Assembly: GCA_051880035.1 (NCBI GenBank) | Contig: JBJENE010000014.1 | Location: forward strand, 1 to 64,000 | Direction of reading: 5' to 3' | Source of the DNA: Butyrivibrio sp. | GTDB taxonomy: Bacteria > Bacillota > Clostridia > Lachnospirales > Lachnospiraceae | Length of the DNA: 64,000 nt | Shown here: piece by piece, positions 19,891 to 29,332 of the stretch | How positions within the stretch are numbered: the first letter of the stretch is position 1 | Layout: every line of letters begins with the position of its first letter | Notes under the pieces: model-generated | The model's input: only the letters and a program-made list of their open reading frames with translations | Databases searched by the model: none | Told to the model about the DNA's origin: nothing | Position numbers and translations under genes: made by a program

Positions 19891-20481
19891 TTACCTGTAA
19901 TTCAATTTTTCCGTACCCAAAAGTTTTGCAATGATACCCATCTGCTCATCGACTTCTTCATCGGTTACCGCTATCAACGCATTGTGTTTACCCATTCCCT
20001 CAAGCACCCACAAAATATGAGTTGCAGTTGCCTTGGCGTTATCACAATTAAAAACGCCCTCTTTATTTCCCGTTTCAATAAGTTCCTTAAGTACATCTAT
20101 TGAACTTTTGGCACGATTTATCAATATTTTTTTCCCTAATTCGCTCTTAGTGGCAAACTCTGAAATTTCATTGTCAAAAGCAACATCAGGCGTGGTTAAG
20201 GCCTTTACGCGGTCTGTAAGAAAAGTCTCAAACATTTTCTTCGCCGAAACATTCGCCTCTTTACCACGGTTAAGATACGCAAAAGCATTCTTCTGCTCCC
20301 GCTCAATAATTTCCGCAAAAATTTCGTCCGTTGATCCAAAATATCTGTACAATCCTCCTCGGGAAATCCCTGTTTCCCGGCATATGTCCTGCATGGTGAC
20401 CGTTCCAAATCCCAACTCAACGAACAATTTCTGCGAAACATTAATTATCATGTTTTTTGTCGCATCTCCCTTTGTTCCCAT
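19891..20481 (-). CDS. TetR/AcrR-family transcriptional regulator
   Basis: N-terminal HTH ...TMQDICRETGISRGGLYRYF. Confidence 0.8.
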   Translation of the reverse strand: MGTKGDATKNMIINVSQKLFVELGFGTVTMQDICRETGISRGGLYRYFGSTDEIFAEIIEREQKNAFAYLNRGKEANVSAKKMFETFLTDRVKALTTPDVAFDNEISEFATKSELGKKILINRAKSSIDVLKELIETGNKEGVFNCDNAKATATHILWVLEGMGKHNALIAVTDEEVDEQMGIIAKLLGTEKLNYR

Positions 20482-20505
20482 ATTGCTCTCACCTTCCAAA
20501 TAACT

Positions 20506-21888
20506 CTACTCTTCAGTATAGCTTTTCGGCATTTTAAAAGCAACCAGAAATCCAATAATACACATAACACTTACTATTGCCGGAACAAGTGAAACACCGA
20601 CTTTCCATGTTTCTCCCGGAACTGCAACGCCCTTAATCACTTTGTCCGTCTGAATATTTTTGATATATTCATACACAAGTCCGGTTGAAACGGCTGCTAC
20701 AACTGCGGTTGAAAGGGATTGAACAGCAAAATACATTCCGGTATGGTCTTTGCCGGTCTTTTTAAATTCAGTGGCAGCAATCTGCGACGGAATCATATAT
20801 GGAGTAGCGAAAAATGCTCCGATTGAAAAACTTCCCATGACACTGCCGATACAACCGATAATAATTCTTGTTTTCGGGCTGTCCGGGAATAAATACTCAC
20901 TACCGAAGCAGAAATTAAGTATTGCTACCGCGAAAAGTAAAAGGCAGAGCTGATATGCAAATCTGATTCCTTTTTTATTAATAAGCTTGTAGTATAAAAA
21001 CAGCATAAGCGGTACCGGTGCAAAAGCAAATGTATTAAGAATTGCAGCGGTTCCGGCTCCCAAATTCATAACACCTGAAACAAGCGAATTCTGTGCCGTC
21101 AAAAACATCTGCAGGCCAAAAAATGCCGTTGCATTAGGTATAAGCCAGAAAATGAACTGTTTATTACTCAATGTAAGTTTAAGGCTGGTGGTAAGTTTGG
21201 TTTTCGCTTCAGGAAGATAATCCTTTCCTTCACCATATTTTTCACCTTCCTTGATAATGAACAAAGGTATAAGCATTGTAAGCATTATAGGTGTTGCAAC
21301 CTTTACCAAAGTTCCGATATTAATTCCTTTTCCAATAAAAACAGGAATCAAAGCATATACAAGGCAGTAACCTATTGTGTCAAAAAATGATTTGAAACTT
21401 CCCACACGGTTTCTCTGCGCTTCATCCTTACATACGCTTGACAAACTGCCGTAAAAAGTAATGAGCGACATTGTATATGATGCAAAAAACAAAAAGAGCA
21501 TCACCGTCATCCAAATTGTATTGGCAATACTGTTTTTCTCAAACTCAATCGGTGTCCAAACAAGCAGATAACTAACCACCATCGGTATAAATGCAATCAG
21601 AATTGCCGGTCTCCTTCTTCCCCAACGGGTACGAAGATTATCCGTAAATGACGCAAGCGGAACATCCACAAGTCCGTCAAAAATCTTTGCCACCATCCAC
21701 AGCACTCCGAAAATTGCCGGTGCAATCAGCATATATCCCGTCAAGCTCCAGTTCTCAATATCCGCTGTAAGTCCTACCGGATTAACTGCATCCGTAAAGT
21801 ATGCGCCCAACAATACAAAAAGCATGTTCGGTCCGAAACCACAGGCCGCATATAAAAACTCCTTCCATTTCTTGTCCAATGAAACCAT
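20506..21888 (-). CDS. MFS transporter (GPH glycoside/cation symporter-like)
   Basis: 12-TM MFS topology; start MVSLDKKWKEF with AGGATAGGA RBS; cotranscribed with the downstream TetR. Confidence 0.7.
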   Translation of the reverse strand: MVSLDKKWKEFLYAACGFGPNMLFVLLGAYFTDAVNPVGLTADIENWSLTGYMLIAPAIFGVLWMVAKIFDGLVDVPLASFTDNLRTRWGRRRPAILIAFIPMVVSYLLVWTPIEFEKNSIANTIWMTVMLFLFFASYTMSLITFYGSLSSVCKDEAQRNRVGSFKSFFDTIGYCLVYALIPVFIGKGINIGTLVKVATPIMLTMLIPLFIIKEGEKYGEGKDYLPEAKTKLTTSLKLTLSNKQFIFWLIPNATAFFGLQMFLTAQNSLVSGVMNLGAGTAAILNTFAFAPVPLMLFLYYKLINKKGIRFAYQLCLLLFAVAILNFCFGSEYLFPDSPKTRIIIGCIGSVMGSFSIGAFFATPYMIPSQIAATEFKKTGKDHTGMYFAVQSLSTAVVAAVSTGLVYEYIKNIQTDKVIKGVAVPGETWKVGVSLVPAIVSVMCIIGFLVAFKMPKSYTEE

Positions 21889-22101
21889 TTTTCCTATCCT
21901 TCTTTCGTGTTTAATAAAAAGCGACATAGGTGTCGCTTTTTATATTTTAGCATGTATAGGAAGATGTAGCAAGAAGTTTTTCCTGACGCCGTCCGCACCA
22001 CAGATATAATCAATCTCCGCATTCGCAGATCTGCTCAAAAACAGGGTTTCACTAAAACAAATCGGAGACAGCATTCATCTGCCTCCGACTCCGGTCTGAT
22101 A

Positions 22102-22643
22102 TTATTCAGACATTATTTTATTATTTCTCTTACGATAAATGACTACTCCGCAAGCTGTGCATCCACCTGCAAGTAACAGACCAATCCACAGACCCAAATT
22201 TCTGTAATCTCCGGCATTAGGTGAGTTCGGATTTCCCGGTCCGGGATTTGTACCTGTTGCTGAAATGACAGTTCCTGATGAAATTAAATATCCGCAGTCT
22301 TTGCATACAGTATCACCTGTATATCCGTCAGTGGTCTCAGTGGCAGCCAAAGCGTTAATGAGTTGAGGATTATGTTCACCATAACCGTCACAATTTTCGT
22401 GGTTGTTCTCATCACAGTATGGATTCTTACATGGATGCCAATGATAGTTTTCATCTTTTTCCCACACATCTCAAACAGATTATAATTGGCATTCAAAGTG
22501 GATAAATCCATAAAAACATTATCCGGCGCAGATATTGCAATATCATCCGTGCTCTCGACTCTCACATCACAGTCAACAAAACTTATTTTTCCATAGAAAT
22601 TTATTCCGGCGTAATCTGATGAAGAAATGTTCATTTGAGTCAA
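22102..22643 (-). pseudogene. frameshifted remnant of a Cys-rich, TM-anchored surface protein
   Basis: Two overlapping ORFs in different frames (22284..22643 and 22102..22467) join sensibly at about 22465-22470. The downstream part has a Pro/Gly/Asn linker plus a C-terminal TM anchor; there is no signal peptide and the upstream part is closed by stops. Confidence 0.35.
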
Positions 22644-22741
22644 TTAAAGCGGCATGAAACGACATAAAGGATGCATTCTATGACAGAATAGCAGAGATTA
22701 AACGAAAAAAATCGGACTCGAATTATTTTACTTTATATGAG

Positions 22742-22780
22742 TATCAGCCCTACGAAAAACCGCAGGGCTGACATATAGAA
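22742..22780. repeat. conserved hairpin element, copy 1 (TATCAGCCCTACG-AAAAAC-CGCAGGGCTGACATATAGAA)
   Basis: Nearly identical to 37792..37829, with a compensatory T/A versus C/G change in the stem; lies 9 nt 3' of the stop of the minus-strand GGDEF/EAL gene. Confidence 0.6.
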
Positions 22781-22788
22781 CAAATTAT

Positions 22789-25500
22789 TTATTTTGTTTT
22801 GAGTAGGACAGAATCAATGTCCGAAACAACAAAATCCGGAATATCTTTCATCGGAAGTGCTGCAGGTCTTCCGGTATAAAAGCCCTGTACATAATCCACA
22901 CCAAGCGAAACAACTGTTTTGAACTCTTCTCCGGTCTCTACTCCTTCCGCCAAAACCTTTATCTGATTAGCTGAAGCGAATTCCAGTGTTCCTTTCATGA
23001 ACATCTGCTTATTGGCATCTTTATCGATATCTGTAATCAGATAACGGTCTACTTTGATTATTTGAGGAGCATATTTTAAAAGATTAACGATATTGGAGCA
23101 GCCTGATCCATAATCATCAATGGCCAGCGGAATACGCAATTCATTACTGCCCATAGTCTTCATTGCTTCAATTTCTTCATCACTTGCCACATACCCTTCG
23201 GTTATTTCAAAAACAACGGAATCGAGATAATCCGAATACCTTGTTATAATCTCATTTCGGTCATTGTTGTTAAGAAAATGACCGGGAATAGAATTGATAA
23301 ATATCTTTCTGTTATGAAATAATTCTTCTTTATCATGGGAGTATTGTTCCATAACATTAAAAAAAGTAGCCCGTTCAATGTCATACATTCTTTGATAGGA
23401 GTTTGCTGTTGCCAGAATATCAAGCGGAGACATATTTATTCCCGGTTCCGTCCTCATCAAAGCTTCGTAAGCATAAATACTCCTGTCCCTGATGTCTATA
23501 ATCGGCTGATAATGATAAATAAACCGGTTTTGGTTGATTAAAAGCATCAGGGCATTATAGTCCTCGCGTAATGAACGCGAGCCCTTCGTGACAGCTTTAC
23601 GGCTATCTTTGAGTTTGTTTGCAAACATTTCGGTGCGGGCCATCTTAATAAGATTCGCTATCTCCGTACTTTCTGACCACCCACTGTAAATGTAAGTACT
23701 GCCGCAATCAACCTCAAGTTCAAAATCTTCGCCATACTGCTGTTTCTTCTTCAGGTCAAAATTCTCTTTTAATCCATAAAATACATTGGAAGCATTATTA
23801 ATGGTATTTGATATTTCCTTTTCAGCATCAACAAAATTCACAACAACAAATTCATCCTCTGCAATCTGCGAAATGAACGAATTCTGCGCATTGGCAATTT
23901 TCAAAATTTCACTGATATATGTTATGAATTTATCACGCTCATTAAGACCGTACTGCTCGTAAAATTCCTTATACTTCGAAATCCAATATAATGAAACTAT
24001 AATATTTTTTTCATGGTTTTCCAAAACTTCGGAGAAGGAACGGAACCAGTTTGTCAGACTTTTCAGATTAGGAAGCCCCGATAACGGGTCAATGTTAAGG
24101 ACTTCGGCATTTTCATGGATAATATTTCTCTGCTTGTATCTGGAAACTGCCTCTGCAATAATGATGTTAATGGCCCTGCCCGTTCTGTTGAATCTGTGTG
24201 CCATGTCTTTGACATTTACTGTTTTTTTGGTATAGTGTCCGCATACGGAATCTATCGCATATATTGATGTAACCATATACAGAGTATTATCCGCCATCCA
24301 TTCATCGAAATAAGGTACCATATCTTCAAATGGAATTATTCTCCGATGTGCGTTCAATTCATTGGCATCGTTCTCGGATGGGAGAATATAGAATTTATCG
24401 GAAAAACCCTTTTCACTGCCCACAAAATCGTTCAATGTGGAAGAATAATCTCCTTTAATACAAATCGACGATCCCGGTTCGGAACATTCTATCAATATTT
24501 CATAAATGTTGTCCTGACAGTCAAAATCAATGGCTTTTTCAATAATATTACAATTTTGTTCTTCATAATACGCCAAACGGTCAGGGTCGCGAAATACATG
24601 AAAAATATCATCATTTGACAAAGAATTTGCCTCAGTCGGGCATCCGCAAGAGCCTTTTGCAACTGCTTTATATGAACCCAGAAAACATCCCGGAGATAAA
24701 GTATTACTGCATATCCCCTCGAGAACCTGCTCCACTATCATTGCCATATTAGTGTAACTTTTTTCACATGTGGCTAACGGAGGTGTCATATGTTGCGAAT
24801 AAGGCAGCCCATCAAAGCCGGTAACTGCAATATCCTCCGGAATCTTCAAACCATATTCCCGCGCCTTCTGGTACACCGCAAAAGCCATTGCGTCATTGGC
24901 GCAGACAAAAACCTGCGGAAGCTCATTTTTCCTGTACAACTCGTCAAAAATTTTATAAACAGGGTATTCGTAATATTGACCGTAAGCTACATTCTTATCG
25001 TTGAAATCGATACCGTTTTTGCGAAGAGTCTTCTTGAAGATTTCCATCCTTCTTTCACTTTCCGGCTCGTCCTTTATTCCTCCTATGAAGAAAAAGTCCC
25101 TGTAATTATGGACGGAAATCAAATGAGATATCAATTCTTCGTACGCGGTATCATAACTATTCATGATACAAAAACAGCCTTCCACCTCAGCATTTAAAAC
25201 TATTACCGGAACGTGTTTCGCTCTTGCCCGCTCAACGATTTCATTAAATATCTCTTCGGACTTAAAATTCTCTTTATCAATTATCAGACAGTCAACTTTA
25301 TCATAATTAATGATGTCATAGACCGATTTGGCACCTATATCGCTGGGAGAATTCACGCTGAAATCGCTGGGACTATTGAACACAATTATTTTATATTTAT
25401 CCTTATCCAATCGGTTATATAATCCCTCAATAAATGAAATTCTATCGTATGACTGAATTCTTGTTGTACACACGGCAATAATATGTTTGGAATTAGCCAT
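22789..25500 (-). CDS. cytoplasmic signalling protein: periplasmic-binding-protein-type-I-like sensor + degenerate GGDEF + EAL (c-di-GMP phosphodiesterase)
   Basis: N-terminal LacI/PBP-I-like fold (IAVTGFDG); GGDEF region present but the motif reads AEDEF; EAL motifs YEALMR, DDYGSG and EGVE are intact. Confidence 0.7.
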   Translation of the reverse strand: MANSKHIIAVCTTRIQSYDRISFIEGLYNRLDKDKYKIIVFNSPSDFSVNSPSDIGAKSVYDIINYDKVDCLIIDKENFKSEEIFNEIVERARAKHVPVIVLNAEVEGCFCIMNSYDTAYEELISHLISVHNYRDFFFIGGIKDEPESERRMEIFKKTLRKNGIDFNDKNVAYGQYYEYPVYKIFDELYRKNELPQVFVCANDAMAFAVYQKAREYGLKIPEDIAVTGFDGLPYSQHMTPPLATCEKSYTNMAMIVEQVLEGICSNTLSPGCFLGSYKAVAKGSCGCPTEANSLSNDDIFHVFRDPDRLAYYEEQNCNIIEKAIDFDCQDNIYEILIECSEPGSSICIKGDYSSTLNDFVGSEKGFSDKFYILPSENDANELNAHRRIIPFEDMVPYFDEWMADNTLYMVTSIYAIDSVCGHYTKKTVNVKDMAHRFNRTGRAINIIIAEAVSRYKQRNIIHENAEVLNIDPLSGLPNLKSLTNWFRSFSEVLENHEKNIIVSLYWISKYKEFYEQYGLNERDKFITYISEILKIANAQNSFISQIAEDEFVVVNFVDAEKEISNTINNASNVFYGLKENFDLKKKQQYGEDFELEVDCGSTYIYSGWSESTEIANLIKMARTEMFANKLKDSRKAVTKGSRSLREDYNALMLLINQNRFIYHYQPIIDIRDRSIYAYEALMRTEPGINMSPLDILATANSYQRMYDIERATFFNVMEQYSHDKEELFHNRKIFINSIPGHFLNNNDRNEIITRYSDYLDSVVFEITEGYVASDEEIEAMKTMGSNELRIPLAIDDYGSGCSNIVNLLKYAPQIIKVDRYLITDIDKDANKQMFMKGTLEFASANQIKVLAEGVETGEEFKTVVSLGVDYVQGFYTGRPAALPMKDIPDFVVSDIDSVLLKTK

Positions 25501-25616
25501 TTTTTTAGTCCCTTCTCTTTGATTCGATTATAATAAAATATCAATCAGCTTCATAGTAAACTACTTATATTAAATTATACCAAAACCCCGGTCCGGAATC
25601 AAGCAGACTTACGGTC

Positions 25617-26132
25617 TTAAAGTGGTAATTCGTAATACAGAAAATCAGTCCGGCCGGTATTTTCTGCATAAAGATTCTGCTTTCCCCGATACCGGAACCC
25701 AAGTTTTTCATACATATTCTGAGCCGGAGCGTTTGATGCCAGCGTATCAAGGCGGATTGCTTTCTTTCCTTTTTGGGTTGCCAGAGAAATGATTTCTGCC
25801 ATCATTCTTTTGGATGTACCTTTTCTCTGATATTCAGGGGTTACCGTAAAAATATGTAAGCAAGCCACCTCATCATCTTTCAGATTTTGACTCCATATAA
25901 CCTCATGATAATCCTCCCCCTGATACATTGTAATTGCTGTCATACCTGCAATATTTTGCCCATCCATAAACAAATACATTTCCTGTCCGTCTATATAAGA
26001 TTGTATCATTGCATCTGTAGGATGCTGTCCATAAATCCACCTGGCATGGACATTCATGTCTTTTGTATGCTCAATTACCTCTATATATTTCTCTCTGACA
26101 ATATCAAGATTGCCGGCTAAAACCAATTCCAT
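25617..26132 (-). CDS. GNAT-family N-acetyltransferase
   Basis: 171 aa; acetyl-CoA binding core ...QRKGTSKRMM... and YEKLGF; last gene of the TetR-MFS-APH-ANT-GNAT operon. Confidence 0.7.
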   Translation of the reverse strand: MELVLAGNLDIVREKYIEVIEHTKDMNVHARWIYGQHPTDAMIQSYIDGQEMYLFMDGQNIAGMTAITMYQGEDYHEVIWSQNLKDDEVACLHIFTVTPEYQRKGTSKRMMAEIISLATQKGKKAIRLDTLASNAPAQNMYEKLGFRYRGKQNLYAENTGRTDFLYYELPL

Positions 26133-26151
26133 ACTTTACCACTCTCCCATC

Positions 26152-26952
26152 TTATGCCTTTATCTCACCTACAAGATAGTCGCGCAATTTATTCAGCTCA
26201 CACTCCAAAAGTGTGTGTTCTTCACCTTCAAACCATATTTTCATTGCAAGCTCCGGCAGAAATTTCAAGTCCTCAGGAACATTCTTTATCATCCAGAGAC
26301 CGCCCTCATATTTTGACAATATTCTTTTTTCTTTCTTAAAGGATAAAATTCTTCCCAATATCAAAACATTGCTTGCCAAATATCTTGCATCATAATTATG
26401 AAAGTCATAATCATCAATATCAGCACTGATTGCCGACCAAAAATCCTCATCTGAGACATCCGCAAACACTTCCTGTATTTCTTCTCCATACAGTACTATA
26501 CCGCATTGCTTAATCAGTTTAATATAACTTGTTACATCCGCATCAGGGAATTCGTGGTCCGCCACATATACCTCCGTGTCCGGATTTTGAAATCTGTCCA
26601 GATATTTATCTGTCCAGAAATCGCTATAATGAAATACACAATTCCCCGGTGTTTTCCAATTTTTTGCATCAATCTTTTTCACGGCAGACATCTCAAGGGG
26701 ACGCGGTTTTCTGTCAATTTCTATTATCTCTCTTGCAATTTCAAGCTTCGTTGCCACATGAACAGAGTCCTTCACAACCACAAGTATGTCAATATCTCCT
26801 GAATCAGGATTAAAAGCATTTAGTGCAATTGAGCCGTGAAGATACACTCCGATTAAATCTTCTCCCAGATGTCTTTTCCATATATCCACAACATTGCTAA
26901 TCTGATTCACTATCTCTAATGGTAAATCTTTATATCCAAGTAAATTACTCAC
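26152..26952 (-). CDS. AadA/ANT(9)-like aminoglycoside nucleotidyltransferase family protein (NTase + DUF4111-like C-terminus)
   Basis: GTG start with GGAGG RBS; LIGVYLHGSIALNAFNPDSGDIDILVVV matches the GS-x9-DxD pol-beta NTase motif in the arrangement I recall for AadA/ANT(9); about 266 aa. Confidence 0.55.
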   Translation of the reverse strand: MSNLLGYKDLPLEIVNQISNVVDIWKRHLGEDLIGVYLHGSIALNAFNPDSGDIDILVVVKDSVHVATKLEIAREIIEIDRKPRPLEMSAVKKIDAKNWKTPGNCVFHYSDFWTDKYLDRFQNPDTEVYVADHEFPDADVTSYIKLIKQCGIVLYGEEIQEVFADVSDEDFWSAISADIDDYDFHNYDARYLASNVLILGRILSFKKEKRILSKYEGGLWMIKNVPEDLKFLPELAMKIWFEGEEHTLLECELNKLRDYLVGEIKA

Positions 26953-26985
26953 ACCATACCTCCGTCACCAAATCACACTATATAT

Positions 26986-27960
26986 TTAAAAATTTCCGGT
27001 TTTAAGCTTTTGTACCTCATGTGCAAACTCATCAAGCACCCACTCGTACATGTGAGGATCATCATATTCCCGATAACCGCGCTCCACCACCATTCCTAAT
27101 CGCTGCCAGATACGATATATCTGAATCCGAATCCTCTCGTTCTGTGTAAATTCCGTTTTACCATATCCTTTTAGAAAATTGGGATTGGGTGCATCTCCAA
27201 AATCATGAAAATCATGACTCAGCAAAGGATCTCCCCAAAGAACCGCCGCATAGTCAATCAGCCCTGTTAATTTACCGCAATTAATCATAAGATTACCATC
27301 CCATGTATCGGTATGTGCATACGACGGTATCGTTACTTCATCCAATTCTTTCGCAAATTTCCTAATCAACTTCCGCAGTTCATTCGGTTCAATCCCCGGG
27401 ATTGCAATATTCTTTTCTTCTGCATCCAAAAGAAGCCAGTCAAATATGAAATATACAAAATCACTGTTTTTCTCACAGTAGCTTTCCGGTATATTGGGAA
27501 TGCCAAAAACATCCGCCTCCAACGAACACATTTTATATGTAATATTTCCAATTTTTTCTTTTACTTCTGCCCTTTGACAATCTGTAATGTCCTTATTATG
27601 AGATAATGGTATTCCTTCCAGATAACTCATAAAGAAATACGGCACCGTGCATATTTCGCCACTGTCATCATAAAAGATTAATTTGGGCATTGGAATATCC
27701 AGTTTTTCATTAAAAAGTTTCAGCATTTCTGCTTCTGTCTGAATGTATTTTCTTTCATGGCGCATAATTTTTACATCTGTACCGGAAGCAATCTTTAGCA
27801 CCATTTTCTGCTCCGTGGTTTCCACAAGATACACCGCACTGCAAAAACCTCCGGACATCTTTTCAATCTGGATTACTGTGGTCTTTTTACCCATTGCCCG
27901 GTTTGTCATCTGCCGAATTACATCCTCGGAAATCCAGTTTTTGGTCACTGCATTCATCAT
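26986..27960 (-). CDS. APH/choline-kinase-family small-molecule phosphotransferase
   Basis: Brenner motif HTDTWDGNLMI and downstream IDYAAV...D; start assigned to the MMNAV ATG preceded by GGAGG (alternative upstream ATG at 27987). Confidence 0.65.
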   Translation of the reverse strand: MMNAVTKNWISEDVIRQMTNRAMGKKTTVIQIEKMSGGFCSAVYLVETTEQKMVLKIASGTDVKIMRHERKYIQTEAEMLKLFNEKLDIPMPKLIFYDDSGEICTVPYFFMSYLEGIPLSHNKDITDCQRAEVKEKIGNITYKMCSLEADVFGIPNIPESYCEKNSDFVYFIFDWLLLDAEEKNIAIPGIEPNELRKLIRKFAKELDEVTIPSYAHTDTWDGNLMINCGKLTGLIDYAAVLWGDPLLSHDFHDFGDAPNPNFLKGYGKTEFTQNERIRIQIYRIWQRLGMVVERGYREYDDPHMYEWVLDEFAHEVQKLKTGNF

Positions 27961-28022
27961 TATCGCTACCTCCGCTTCAAGTTTCATTATAGCATTAAGT
28001 ATCAGGAAATTACATACTTGAT

Positions 28023-29246
28023 TTACTGTGATAATTGCCGGATACTTTTTATTCGCAACATTATAACAGCTGTCACAATCAGAGAAACTCCCGAAAAAAT
28101 AATAACAACAGCAGCACCTCTTCCGACAGATGTGTCCAGTATACTGCCCATAAGGTCAGCCAAAATACCACCTGACGCATACGCCAGTACATATCCTATC
28201 TGGGAAAGAAAACCTATAAATCCCCATATTCTTCCCTGCAATTCATCCGGAATATTCGTTCTTACCAGATAATCCAAACAATTGTTGGCAAATGGGAGCA
28301 TTGCAAAAAACAAAAATCCAAATATGCATATAATATAGATATTTTCCCAAATTCCAAAACCAATCATAAATAATCCGCTCATGGCTAATGAAATTACCAG
28401 GGTCTGCACATATTTTTTCTTAATTCCCCGTATTCCAAGCAAAAGACTTGATATCAGCATTCCACACGCACAAACCGTCTCTCCGATTCCCAAAGTTTTT
28501 GAATCCGAAAAAGACAAGATGAGAGGTTCTGCCAATATCTGAAACACGCCCATAAAAAGAGTCATAACCGAGGAAACGATAATTAATAAGAAAACTCCCG
28601 TTTTGCTATGTACTGCGTGCCACCCCTCCCCAATACTGCTAAAAAAAGATTGTTTTGTTTCTACTTTTTTCGTCTGAATTCCTCTTTTTACAACTCCGGT
28701 AGAAATAACTGTTAAAACAAATGTACATATATCAATTACAAGCAGTAGTTTTACATCAAATACACTGAGCAATAATCCGGCCACTATCGGCGAAACCAGA
28801 TATCTGGCACTTCCCGCCAGACTTACTAATCCGTTTGCCTTAGAAAATTCTTCCTTAGTTAACAAATCAGAAACCGTTGCCCTGTAAGAAGGCTCCAGCA
28901 AAGAAGAAAACACAGAGCTTACAAAAACACCTATGCAAATCCGGGTAAGCGTTGCTTTGCCATTCATCATACATATTAAAATGTACAGAATACCAAAAGC
29001 AGAACATCCATCTCCGATCATCATTAAAAGCCTGCGATCATATCGGTCCGCCAATGTTCCTGCCGGCACACTTAACAACAATGTAGGCAAAAATCCTAAC
29101 AATGTGACGAGTGCCATACTTGCTGCACTTCCTGTCTGTCTAAATACATATACCCCTAACCCAAAACCGGTCAGCCCTCCGCCAATTGCGGAAATCAACT
29201 CTCCTGCCCACAGTAATAAAAATTTTCCAAAATTACTTTTTTTCAT
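28023..29246 (-). CDS. MFS efflux transporter
   Basis: 12-TM MFS; start MKKSNFGKF with GGAGA RBS; directly downstream of TetR. Confidence 0.75.
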   Translation of the reverse strand: MKKSNFGKFLLLWAGELISAIGGGLTGFGLGVYVFRQTGSAASMALVTLLGFLPTLLLSVPAGTLADRYDRRLLMMIGDGCSAFGILYILICMMNGKATLTRICIGVFVSSVFSSLLEPSYRATVSDLLTKEEFSKANGLVSLAGSARYLVSPIVAGLLLSVFDVKLLLVIDICTFVLTVISTGVVKRGIQTKKVETKQSFFSSIGEGWHAVHSKTGVFLLIIVSSVMTLFMGVFQILAEPLILSFSDSKTLGIGETVCACGMLISSLLLGIRGIKKKYVQTLVISLAMSGLFMIGFGIWENIYIICIFGFLFFAMLPFANNCLDYLVRTNIPDELQGRIWGFIGFLSQIGYVLAYASGGILADLMGSILDTSVGRGAAVVIIFSGVSLIVTAVIMLRIKSIRQLSQ

Positions 29247-29332
29247 CTTTTTCTCCATTTCCTTTCTACAGACTGACTGTCTGTCGGTTGTATTTAAAAA
29301 TAAAAGAAACTTAAAAGTCTCTTTTATGGCAC

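Noticed and set aside
21920-21950. Hairpin AGCGACATAGGTGTCGCT + T-tract just upstream of the MFS start
   Set aside because: Most simply the terminator of the upstream pseudogene transcript, or a bidirectional terminator, rather than a riboswitch; no conserved aptamer features.
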